Below, piece after piece: positions 55,430 through 64,000 of a stretch of DNA of 64,000 nt (its first letter is position 1; each line of letters begins with the position of its first letter). A program made the position numbers and the translations under genes. Below the pieces are notes generated by a model. That model was given only the letters and a program-made list of their open reading frames with translations. It did no database searches and was not told the origin of the DNA. Source of the DNA: an uncultured Porphyrobacter sp. (GTDB lineage: Bacteria > Pseudomonadota > Alphaproteobacteria > Sphingomonadales > Sphingomonadaceae); contig CAZQOO010000002.1 in NCBI GenBank assembly GCA_964594845.1, positions 2,819 to 66,818 of the forward strand, read 5' to 3'.

Positions 55430-56422
55430 TTGATTGACCGTCGCACTGCCCTGACCGGCCTCGGGCTCGGCATCGCTGCTCCGGCGCTGGCCCGCCCGGC
55501 AACACCCGCCGCTGCCGCTGACACGGCCGGAGTCCCCGCCGCCGAGCCCGACGAATGGGTCGCACTCTGGCCGGGGCCGGTCCCCGGTGCGCCGTCCAGC
55601 CTGCCGCAAGAGCAGGTGGTCGAACGTTCCACCGATCCGGTCAGGCCCGACCGGATCATGCAGGCCATTGCCCGGCCTCGCATGGCGGTGTTCCGCCCGG
55701 ACCGGCCCGGTGGCGCGGCGGTGCTGATCGCACCGGGCGGCGGCTATTCGCATGTGGTGATCGACAAGGAGGGCTTCGAGATGGGGCGCTGGCTGGCGGC
55801 ACGCGGGATCACCGCCTTCGTGCTGTTCTACCGGCTGCCGCATCATGGCTGGGCCAGCGGGCCGGATACGCCGCTTGCCGATGCCCAGCGGGCGCTGCGC
55901 ATCCTGCGCCAGCGCCACGCGCAATACGGTTACGATCCGCAGCGGATCAGCATCATGGGCTTTTCCGCAGGCGGCCATGTCGCAGCCACGCTGGCGACAC
56001 GCTTTGCCGCGCCAGTCTACGCCGCCATCGACGCTGCCGATGCGCTGCCGGCCCGGCCGGACGCTGCGGCGCTGATCTATCCGGTGATCTCCATGGACCC
56101 GGAGCTCGCCCACCCCGGATCGCGCGAAAGATTGCTGGGCGCCGCTCCCCCCGCGGCGCTCGAACTGGCGCATTCACCCGATCATCATGTGCCGGTGGAT
56201 GCGCCCCCTTTCTTCCTGCTTCATGCCGAGGACGACCGGGCGGTTCCGGTCGGCAATACGCTGGCGATGCGCGCCGCGATCCTGGCGCGGAGGCTGGCCG
56301 TTGACACCCATCTCTATGCCAGCGGCGGGCATGGCTTCGGGATCAGTCGTGCGGCGGGCAAACCGGTGGCTGGCTGGCCCCAATTGTGGCATGCATGGGC
56401 GCAGGCGGCAGGTGTGGCATGA
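55430..56422 (+). CDS. Alpha/beta hydrolase, probable pectin acetylesterase (PaeX-like), Tat-exported
   Basis: DRRTAL signal, PGGGY, GFSAGG, GGHGFG. Confidence 0.8.
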   Translation: MIDRRTALTGLGLGIAAPALARPATPAAAADTAGVPAAEPDEWVALWPGPVPGAPSSLPQEQVVERSTDPVRPDRIMQAIARPRMAVFRPDRPGGAAVLIAPGGGYSHVVIDKEGFEMGRWLAARGITAFVLFYRLPHHGWASGPDTPLADAQRALRILRQRHAQYGYDPQRISIMGFSAGGHVAATLATRFAAPVYAAIDAADALPARPDAAALIYPVISMDPELAHPGSRERLLGAAPPAALELAHSPDHHVPVDAPPFFLLHAEDDRAVPVGNTLAMRAAILARRLAVDTHLYASGGHGFGISRAAGKPVAGWPQLWHAWAQAAGVA

Positions 56423-58026
56423 CAGCGGCGCGGCGCGAGGTTCTCGCCGGGATGGGCGGACTGGGCCTTGCCGCCACGCTGCGGGCCCCGGGTGCATCTG
56501 CCGCGCCAGTCAGCCCGCTGCACGCGTCGCGGCAGCGGGGCTTCGACAGGCAGCGCATCGCTGATCGCGGCGATGGCACCTTTCTCAATCCGGTGCTCTC
56601 GGGCGACCGGCCCGATCCGGCGATCCTCAAGGACGGCAAGGATTACTACCTCACCTTCTCGACCTTCGATGCCTATCCCGCTCTCACCATCTGGCATTCG
56701 CGCGATCTGGTGAACTGGCGACCGCTGAAGCCAGCGCTCACGCGCAATATCGGCGCGGTTTGGGCGCCCGGCCTTCACAGGCACCAGGGCCGCTATCTGC
56801 TCTACATCCCGGTCAAGGCGCGGCCGGCCAACGACATCTTCGTTGCCCACGCCGAGCGGATCGAGGGCCCGTGGAGCGATCCGGTGCCGCTTGGCCTGCC
56901 CGATCACATCGACCCCTGCTTCGTGCAGGGCGAGGATGGCAGCTGCTGGCTTTTCCTATCGGGCGGAGACCGGGTGCGGCTGACCGACGATGGCCTCGCT
57001 CTCGCTGGCGCGGTGGAGCACGTCTATGATCCGTGGCGCTATCCGGCCGACTGGGTGGTCGAGAGCTTCTCGCCCGAAGGCCCCAAGATCCATCGCATTG
57101 GCGGCTGGTATTACATGCTCACCGCCGTGGGGGGCACCGCCGGGCCACCGACCGGGCACATGGTGATTGCCGCGCGCTCGCGCTCGGTCCACGGGCCGTG
57201 GGAACATCACCCCGGCAATCCGCTGGTGCGCACCGCCAGCCGCGACGAGGCGTGGTGGTCGCGGGGCCATGCCTCGCTGGTGGAAGGGCCGGACGGGCGC
57301 TGGTGGGCGCTCTACCACGGCTACGAGAACGGCTACTGGACCCTGGGCCGGCAGTGCCTGCTCGATCCGGTCGAATTCACCGACGATGGGTGGTTCCGCA
57401 TGACCGGCGGCGATCTGGCGCAACCCATTGCCAAGCCTGCGGGCGGCGAGGCGGTGCCGCACGGGATGGCCCTGAGCGACGATTTCTCCAAGCCGCTGAT
57501 GCTGGGCAGCAAGTGGGCTTTCTTCCGGCCCGGTCCCGATGAAGCCGCGCGCATCCGCATGTCCGGGGACGCGCTGCTTCTGGCGGGCAAGGGCGATACG
57601 CCTGCCACCGGCTCGCCTCTGCTGCTGACCGCCGGCGACCGCAGTTATGCCTTCGAATGCGACATCGAGATCGCTGCGGGCGGCTCGGCCGGGCTGGTGC
57701 TGTTCTATGACGAAAGGCTCTATTGCGGGCTCGGCTTCGACGAGCGGCGCTTCGTCACCCACCAGTACGGGATCGCGCGCGGCCGGCCGGCCAATCCCCA
57801 CGGGCGCCGGATGCGGATCCGGATCACCAACCGCGAACACATCGTCACTATCGACACCAGCGCCGATGGCGGACACAACTGGGTGCGCTTCGATCGCGGG
57901 ATGGAGGTTTCGGGCTATCATCACAATGTGCGCGGCGGGTTCCTGATGCTGCGGCCCGGCCTCTATGCGACGGGGCCGGGACATGCCCGCTTTCGCGATT
58001 TCCGCTTTAGGGCACTGGATGGCTGA
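56419..58026 (+). CDS. GH43 glycoside hydrolase with C-terminal beta-sandwich, Tat-exported
   Basis: ARREVL signal, NPVLSGDRPDP, WAP, HIDP, PEGP. Confidence 0.92.
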   Translation: MTAARREVLAGMGGLGLAATLRAPGASAAPVSPLHASRQRGFDRQRIADRGDGTFLNPVLSGDRPDPAILKDGKDYYLTFSTFDAYPALTIWHSRDLVNWRPLKPALTRNIGAVWAPGLHRHQGRYLLYIPVKARPANDIFVAHAERIEGPWSDPVPLGLPDHIDPCFVQGEDGSCWLFLSGGDRVRLTDDGLALAGAVEHVYDPWRYPADWVVESFSPEGPKIHRIGGWYYMLTAVGGTAGPPTGHMVIAARSRSVHGPWEHHPGNPLVRTASRDEAWWSRGHASLVEGPDGRWWALYHGYENGYWTLGRQCLLDPVEFTDDGWFRMTGGDLAQPIAKPAGGEAVPHGMALSDDFSKPLMLGSKWAFFRPGPDEAARIRMSGDALLLAGKGDTPATGSPLLLTAGDRSYAFECDIEIAAGGSAGLVLFYDERLYCGLGFDERRFVTHQYGIARGRPANPHGRRMRIRITNREHIVTIDTSADGGHNWVRFDRGMEVSGYHHNVRGGFLMLRPGLYATGPGHARFRDFRFRALDG

Positions 58027-59056
58027 GATGACAGCGAGGTTCACAGCAATGGTCGCGACGCGCAGGCCGACCCGGCGCGGCGTGCTTGGCGGCGGGATCG
58101 CGCTTTCGGTGGGCGCCATGCTGGGTGGCTGCAGCCAGCGGCTGGGCGGGCTGCTGACCGCGACCGACGGTCACCCCGCCGATTATCCGACAGTCCGCGC
58201 CGTCGAATTCATGGGCCGTTTTCTGGCTGAGCGGACCGGCGGGCGCCTCGGCATCAAGATGTTCGCGGGCGGCCAGCTCGGAAGCGAAGCCGACACGCTC
58301 GAGATCACCAGCTTCGGCGGCATCGATCTCAACCGGGTCTACTTCGCCCCGCTCAACTCGATCGAACCGATGACTTTGCCGTTCTCGCTGCCCTTCGTGT
58401 TCGATTCGGTCGATCACATGCGCCGGGTGGTCGACAGTGCGGTCGGCGAAGAGGTGCTGGCCTCGCTCGAACCGCACGGTCTGATCGGGCTTGCGATCTA
58501 CGATTCGGGATCGCGCAGTTTCTACAACACCCGCCGGCCGATCCGCAGTCCGGCCGACATGCAGGGGCTGAAGCTGCGCGTGCCGGCTTCCGATCTGTCG
58601 GTGGCGATGATCAATGCGCTGGGTGCCAACGCGGTGCCGATTCCGCTTGGCGAGACCTACCAGGCGCTCGCGCAGGGGGTGATCGACGGGGCCGAGAACA
58701 ATCTGCCCTCCTTCACCAGTTCGCGCCACTATGAGGTCGCCACGTTTCTGAGCACCAGCGACCATCTGTTCACCCCCGAAGCGCTGGTGATGAGCAAGGT
58801 CAGCTATGATCGCCTGTCGCAGGCCGACCGCGATCTGGTGCGCGAGGCGGCCCGCCGCTCGGTTCCCGAGATGCGGCGCCTGTGGGATCACCGCATGTCC
58901 GAGGCGCAGGCCCAGATCGCCGCCTCGTCGGTGATCGTCAACACCGTCGACCGGGCGGAATTCGCCGGACTGATGCGGCCGGTCTGGGATCGCTTCATCA
59001 CCACGCCCCGGCAGCGGTCGGTGGTCGAACGGATCATGGAGATGCGCGGGAAATGA
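58019..59056 (+). CDS. dctP: TRAP transporter solute-binding protein
   Basis: GQLGSE, GLKLRV, GVIDGAENN; TRRGVL signal and LGGC. Confidence 0.92.
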   Translation: MAEMTARFTAMVATRRPTRRGVLGGGIALSVGAMLGGCSQRLGGLLTATDGHPADYPTVRAVEFMGRFLAERTGGRLGIKMFAGGQLGSEADTLEITSFGGIDLNRVYFAPLNSIEPMTLPFSLPFVFDSVDHMRRVVDSAVGEEVLASLEPHGLIGLAIYDSGSRSFYNTRRPIRSPADMQGLKLRVPASDLSVAMINALGANAVPIPLGETYQALAQGVIDGAENNLPSFTSSRHYEVATFLSTSDHLFTPEALVMSKVSYDRLSQADRDLVREAARRSVPEMRRLWDHRMSEAQAQIAASSVIVNTVDRAEFAGLMRPVWDRFITTPRQRSVVERIMEMRGK

Positions 59057-59529
59057 TCTTGATGACACGAATCACAGACTGGCTGACCCGCCTTGCTGCG
59101 CTCGGGCTGGTGGCCATGGCCGTCATCGTGATCTGGCAGGTGTTCGGGCGCTTCGTGCTCGATTCCAGCCCGTCGTGGACCGAACAGGCGGCGCTGGTGC
59201 TGATGATCTGGTACGTGATGTTCGCCAGCGCCGCCGGGGTGCATGAAGGGTTCCATATCCGGATCGGGCTGCTCGAAGACCGGCTCGGGCCGCGCGCCGC
59301 GCCGCTGCGGCGGATCACCGCGCTGGTGGTACTGATGCTGGGGCTGGTGCTGCTGGTCTACGGGGCACAGCTGACCTGGCTGGTGCGCGGCAATACGATG
59401 CCCTCGCTCGGGATCAGCCGCGCCGTCGCCTATGTTCCGATGCCGGTATCGGGCCTGCTGATGGCGCTGTTCGCGCTGCCGCAGGTGCTCGATGGCAAGC
59501 CGCGCGGTGCCAACGGAGGGGATGACTGA
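59053..59529 (+). CDS. dctQ: TRAP transporter small permease
   Basis: QVFGRFV..SPSWTE, HIRI; 4 TM segments. Confidence 0.9.
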   Translation: MILMTRITDWLTRLAALGLVAMAVIVIWQVFGRFVLDSSPSWTEQAALVLMIWYVMFASAAGVHEGFHIRIGLLEDRLGPRAAPLRRITALVVLMLGLVLLVYGAQLTWLVRGNTMPSLGISRAVAYVPMPVSGLLMALFALPQVLDGKPRGANGGDD

Positions 59530-60812
59530 TGGAGCTGCTGGTCCTGTTCGGCAGCCTTGCGCTGCTGCTCGTCATCGGTGTGCCGGTCGCCTTCGCACTC
59601 CTGGGTGCCGCGCTCGCCTGCTTTGCCGTGATGGGCATTCCGCCAATCGTCGCCGTCCAGCGGACCGCCGCGGGAATCAGCGTCTTCTCGCTCATGGCCA
59701 TTCCCTTCTTCATCTTCGCCGGAGACCTGATGTACCGCGCCGGGATTGCCGAGCGGCTGGTGCGCGTTGCCGACGCGGCAATCGGCCGGATGCGCGGGGG
59801 GCTGGGCGTGGTCGATGTCGGTGCCTCGATGATGTTCGGTGCGGTCTCGGGCTCGGCCATCGCCAGTGCCTCGGCCATCGGATCGACGATGGTGCCGCTG
59901 ATGAAGGAGAAGGGCTATCCGGTCGACTTCGCGGTCAACGTCACGGTCACCGCGGCGATCGTCGGACTGCTGATCCCGCCCTCGCACAACATGATCATCT
60001 ATTCGGCAGCCACGGGGCTCGGCGTCTCGATCGGCGATCTGTTTCTGGCCGGAGTGTTCCCGGGGCTGCTGACCGGCTTCATGCTGATGTTCACCACCTG
60101 GCTGGTGGCCCGGCGGCGGAACCTGCCGCGCGGCAGCTTTCCGGGCTGGCGCGTCTTTGCCCGCGCGCTGGTGCTGGCGGTGCCCGGGCTGATGACCGCG
60201 GTGATCATCATGGGCGGCATCCTGAGCGGAATCTTCACCGCCACCGAAAGCTCGGCTGTCGCCGTGCTCTATACCGTGCTGGTCGGCGTGCTGGTCTATC
60301 GCAGCCTCGGCTGGAGCGCCTTCTGGGAGGCCGCGGGCAAATCGGTGCGGACCGCGGCGATGGTGCTGCTGATCATCGCCGCGGCCACGGCGTTCGGCTT
60401 TGCCATGGCGCTGCTCGAAGTGCCGCAGCAACTGGGCGCAATGATCGGTTTCATGACCGACAATCCGCTGCTGACGCTGCTGATCATCAACATCCTGCTG
60501 CTGCTGCTCGGCACCTTCATGGACATGGCGCCACTGATCGTCATCACCACGCCGATCTTCCTGCCGGTGGCCATGGATGTCGGGGTGGATCCGGTCCATT
60601 TCGGGATCATCATGATGCTCAATCTGGGCATCGGGCTGGTAACGCCGCCGGTCGGTTCGGTGCTGTTCGTCGGCTCGGCTGTGGGCGGAATTCCGGTCAC
60701 GACGCTGGTGCGGACGATCATGCCGTTCTACCTCACGCTGCTCGCCGCGCTGCTGCTCGTCACCTATCTGCCCGCCCTGTCGCTCTGGCTGCCGGCGCAC
60801 TTTGGCGGCTGA
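59529..60812 (+). CDS. dctM: TRAP transporter large permease
   Basis: LMAIPFFI, IPPS, TPPVG, LSLWLP. Confidence 0.95.
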   Translation: MELLVLFGSLALLLVIGVPVAFALLGAALACFAVMGIPPIVAVQRTAAGISVFSLMAIPFFIFAGDLMYRAGIAERLVRVADAAIGRMRGGLGVVDVGASMMFGAVSGSAIASASAIGSTMVPLMKEKGYPVDFAVNVTVTAAIVGLLIPPSHNMIIYSAATGLGVSIGDLFLAGVFPGLLTGFMLMFTTWLVARRRNLPRGSFPGWRVFARALVLAVPGLMTAVIIMGGILSGIFTATESSAVAVLYTVLVGVLVYRSLGWSAFWEAAGKSVRTAAMVLLIIAAATAFGFAMALLEVPQQLGAMIGFMTDNPLLTLLIINILLLLLGTFMDMAPLIVITTPIFLPVAMDVGVDPVHFGIIMMLNLGIGLVTPPVGSVLFVGSAVGGIPVTTLVRTIMPFYLTLLAALLLVTYLPALSLWLPAHFGG

Positions 60813-60893
60813 GCCGCGCGCCGGTTTCCGCGCTCACCTGCGGCGTGCAGGACACGACCGGGGCGTCAACCGTTCCAAAGCACTTTGCGCACG

Positions 60894-63161
60894 TTACTGC
60901 GTGATGCGCTTTGCCTTGCCGATCGCCTGCGCGCGAATGTCCTTGCGGTGGAACGGCAGGCGGTGCCAGCGCTTCTCGGCGTAGGCGCGGGTCTGGTCGG
61001 CGGCGTGGGGCGAGGCGGGGTCGGTCGACTGGCTGTAGCTCAGGATCGCGTCGGCGACCGGGCCCTTGTCGTCGAAGCCGACGATCTGGATGTAGCTCGT
61101 CCCGTGGCGCGGCACGAGCCGGCCGTTGGGCGCGCGTTCGGATTCCTGCATGTTGAGGATGCCGAGCGTGCCCGGCCCGCCGTGGATCGGGATCGCGGCG
61201 TTGCCGGCCATCACCTGCTGTTCGTCACCCCACCGGGCGTCTAGCGCCTGACCGGCCTGCTCCATCTCCGTGACCGTCGCGGCGAGGGCTTCGAGCAGCT
61301 TCACGCCCGTCTCGCCCTCGGTCACCAGATCGCGCGGAGTGGTGACGGGATGTGCGGGATCGAACGGTACGGCCCATAGCCCCTTGATCCGCTCGGCCTG
61401 CGGCCAGAAGGCGCGGAACAGGCGCGCGCCGCGGCTGTCGGCATCGAACCGCCGGTCCCACTTCGCCAGCGCCGCGCAGCCGCGCGCCGCCGCGTCTTCG
61501 GCCTTGGCGCACAGGTTCAGCAATTCGGGCATGGCCATATCCGCTGCAAGGCTCTTGTTGCCGAAGGCGAGGGCCGCCGCGCGGGCATGATCGAGCTTGC
61601 CTGCCGCCAGCATTGTCTCGGTCTCGGTGAAGTTGGAACGGGTGCGCAGCGTGCGCGCGGTGCGGTATTCGCCGAGGATCGGCGACAGCTCGGGATGCGG
61701 CATCGCCGGGTTGCTGATCCAGTAGCTGTCGTTGGAATTGGTGAGGTAGGTATTGGTGAACGTGATCGCCTGATCAATGGCCGGCATCAGCCCCGGCACC
61801 GGCGTGCCTTCGGCGACATCCCAGTCGCAGCCCGCCTTCGACCCGTCGAGCAGGATCGCGAATTCGGCGAACAGGCCGGAAATTGGGGTTGAACAGGCCT
61901 TGACCTTGGCCGCCGAAACGTTCGGCACGGCGGTGACATCGGCGTGGAGCGCGCCGCCATCGCGGTCGGCGGCAATGGTGTTGACCCATGGAATGCCAAG
62001 CGTTTCGGCCACGGCTTCCTTGATCTCGAGGACATTGTGCGCCTCGCCGATCCGCAGCCAGGTCTCGATCCCGCGCTGGTTGCCGCGGTTGGCATCCTTC
62101 AGGGCAAAGGCGTTCTGCTTGCTCCAGGTAATGCCGCGATCGGGGATGATGAACACCGGCCCGAAGCGGGTGGACCAGAGCGTGCGGGTCACCGCCGGCT
62201 GGCCGTCGGGCATCGGCACGGTCACGGTCTGGCTGGTCATCGCCTCGCTGGCACCATCGACCATGTAGCGGGTCGGATCGGCCGGATCGAGTGTCAGTTG
62301 GTAAAGCGTGAAGTGCCGCGCCTCGGTGACGGTGTGGGTCCAGGCGATGTCCTTGTTGAAACCGAGCGTCGGCATCGGCGTTCCGGCCAGCCCGACGCCC
62401 ATCACCTCGTAGCCACCGGGGCCCTTGACGTGCATCTGCCAGAAGCGGTTGGGGCCCTTCCACGGGAAGTGCGGATTGCCGATCACCATCCCGCGCCCGT
62501 CGGCGGTGACGTTGCCGCCGAAGGCCCAGCCATTGCTGCCCATGCCCAGTTCCTTCGGGTTCGGCATGGCAATCGCGATCTTGGGCGCGGGCGTTCCCGG
62601 CGGGGCGGCATTGGCGATCGCGGGGGCAAGGTTCAACGAACTCGCCAGCAGCATCTGCTTTTCGTTGAGCCGCAGCATGTCGTCGCCGGTGATGGGCCGC
62701 ACCCAGGCCTTTCCGCGGCATTCGGCGGGGATGCCGTCGGCGCCTGCGTCCCTGAGGAAACGGTTGTATCCCGCGACATAGCCATCGATCAGGTCCTGCG
62801 CGCGCGGGCTCAGCGTCCTCGCGCCCTCGCGCAGGGCGGGCAGATCGATGACCGCGCGGAAGAACACGTCCGAGGACAGGTTGTCGACCTGCTGGAAGCC
62901 CAGCACTGCCTTGGCCTCGGGGCCGAAATGGCGCGAGCGTTCGCCAGCCACGGTCGCGAACTCCTCGGCCAGCAGGCACAGGTTGTCCTGCGCATAGGCA
63001 TAGGCGACCCCGTAGCCCACGCCGCGCCAGTCGCGCGCCTCGATGTGCGGGATGCCGTAGGTGGTGCGGGTGATGGTCGCATCGTAGCGGGGCTTGGCCT
63101 CGACCGCAGGCGCCGCCAGCACTGCGGCGCAGCCCGCCGCCCAGATCCCGATCCGCTTCAT
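60894..63161 (-). CDS. Ntn-hydrolase acylase (PvdQ/AHL-acylase or penicillin acylase family)
   Basis: Signal peptide; YGIPHI, AQDNLC, GSNGWA (catalytic Ser), NPHFPW, NSND, YSQSTDP. Confidence 0.9.
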   Translation of the reverse strand: MKRIGIWAAGCAAVLAAPAVEAKPRYDATITRTTYGIPHIEARDWRGVGYGVAYAYAQDNLCLLAEEFATVAGERSRHFGPEAKAVLGFQQVDNLSSDVFFRAVIDLPALREGARTLSPRAQDLIDGYVAGYNRFLRDAGADGIPAECRGKAWVRPITGDDMLRLNEKQMLLASSLNLAPAIANAAPPGTPAPKIAIAMPNPKELGMGSNGWAFGGNVTADGRGMVIGNPHFPWKGPNRFWQMHVKGPGGYEVMGVGLAGTPMPTLGFNKDIAWTHTVTEARHFTLYQLTLDPADPTRYMVDGASEAMTSQTVTVPMPDGQPAVTRTLWSTRFGPVFIIPDRGITWSKQNAFALKDANRGNQRGIETWLRIGEAHNVLEIKEAVAETLGIPWVNTIAADRDGGALHADVTAVPNVSAAKVKACSTPISGLFAEFAILLDGSKAGCDWDVAEGTPVPGLMPAIDQAITFTNTYLTNSNDSYWISNPAMPHPELSPILGEYRTARTLRTRSNFTETETMLAAGKLDHARAAALAFGNKSLAADMAMPELLNLCAKAEDAAARGCAALAKWDRRFDADSRGARLFRAFWPQAERIKGLWAVPFDPAHPVTTPRDLVTEGETGVKLLEALAATVTEMEQAGQALDARWGDEQQVMAGNAAIPIHGGPGTLGILNMQESERAPNGRLVPRHGTSYIQIVGFDDKGPVADAILSYSQSTDPASPHAADQTRAYAEKRWHRLPFHRKDIRAQAIGKAKRITQ

Positions 63162-63220
63162 CGTCTCTCTCCCGTCCACCGTTATCCGGTTGTGGGAAGA
63201 AACCTATCGGGATGCCGGGC

Positions 63221-63260
63221 AAAGTAAAGGGGCGCTCCGCCGCATTGGCGAAGCGCCCCC
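63221..63260 (-). terminator. Rho-independent terminator after the outer-membrane protein gene
   Basis: GGGGCGCT..CGCC/GGCG..AGCGCCCC stem followed by TTTACTTT on the minus strand. Confidence 0.7.
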
Positions 63261-63283
63261 TCCTGCAAACGGCCTGTCTGCGA

Positions 63284-64000
63284 TCAGAACGAGGCGGTGA
63301 TCGAGAACACCACGGTCGCATCCGAAATCGAATTGCCCGCCAGCGTGGCGAAGTTCGGGCGGATGAGGTTGGCTTCGGCTTCCGAGATGTCGGTGTCGAC
63401 ATAGGCGGCCGACAGGGTCAGGCCCGAGATCGGCACGATGTCCACGCCCAGCGACCAGTCGAGATAGGTGCCGGTCGGCGCGATGCTGGTGCCGTTGGGG
63501 CCAAGGCCGGGGTTGCCGTCCGAATAGCCGATATGGGCCTTGAGCGTGATCGGCGCGCCGCTGATCCCGTAAGTGGCGTCGCCCGACAGGTAGAGGTTGT
63601 CTTCCTTGTCGCCCGGATCGGCCGGAGCGCCGACCGGGAAGGCATTGCCCAGCGCTTCCTGCTTGGGCGCATAGGCGACGCCCGCCGTCAGGCCGAGCCC
63701 GCCGACGCTGCCCGAGAGCTTGGCGTAGAGTTCGGCAAAGTCGGTGGTGTCCGCGCCGCTCGGGTACATGTACCACACGAGGCCGGTGTCGAGCGTGCCT
63801 TCGCCAATTCCGAACTTGTAGCCGGCGATCAGGTCGAGCTCCATGTTGGCGCCGCCAAAGGTGCCCCAGCCGGCAAGGTTCGAGCCCCACGCACCGACGT
63901 AGAACCCGCTTTCGTGGCTGACGGTTATGCCGCCCTGCACGGCCATGCCTTCGTCCGACTGCGAGACGCCGCGGAAGCGGTAGTCCGAGGTCAGCGTGGC
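63284..64000 (-). CDS. TorF-like putative outer-membrane porin, 5' end outside the window
   Basis: ATLTSDYRFRGVSQSD, GFYVGAWGSN, ELDLIAGY, terminal Phe. Confidence 0.88.
   Translation of the reverse strand, partial: ATLTSDYRFRGVSQSDEGMAVQGGITVSHESGFYVGAWGSNLAGWGTFGGANMELDLIAGYKFGIGEGTLDTGLVWYMYPSGADTTDFAELYAKLSGSVGGLGLTAGVAYAPKQEALGNAFPVGAPADPGDKEDNLYLSGDATYGISGAPITLKAHIGYSDGNPGLGPNGTSIAPTGTYLDWSLGVDIVPISGLTLSAAYVDTDISEAEANLIRPNFATLAGNSISDATVVFSITASF

Overview
High-GC alphaproteobacterial DNA, probably Sphingomonadales (inferred from gene content and codon style). It has three blocks. (1) 1-~34.1 kb is the right-hand part of a P2-like myovirus prophage: terminase, head, tail, lysis cassette, an extra fibre module, a lambdoid cI/cro switch, an Ogr activator, a toprim primase-helicase, a methyltransferase, and a large serine integrase at the right end. 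(2) 34.2-44.7 kb is an accessory signalling island: a membrane Ser/Thr kinase with TPR repeats, a kinase-associated ECF sigma factor, a 1.3-kaa trimeric autotransporter adhesin, a crystallin/PAN secreted protein, and an operon of lipoprotein, Tat-exported (FPGDMF)x6 repeat protein, FAD oxidoreductase and small peptide. Three of its transcription units share an exact TGTCCG-N12-GTTCC upstream motif, which suggests a self-contained phosphorylation-activated regulon. This is the best candidate for an undescribed system. (3) 44.7-64 kb is a LacI-controlled pectin/hexuronate utilisation locus with four TGACACCGGTTWCC operators, followed by an Ntn acylase and a partial outer-membrane protein gene. 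All product calls come from motifs and synteny read by eye; no database searches were run.
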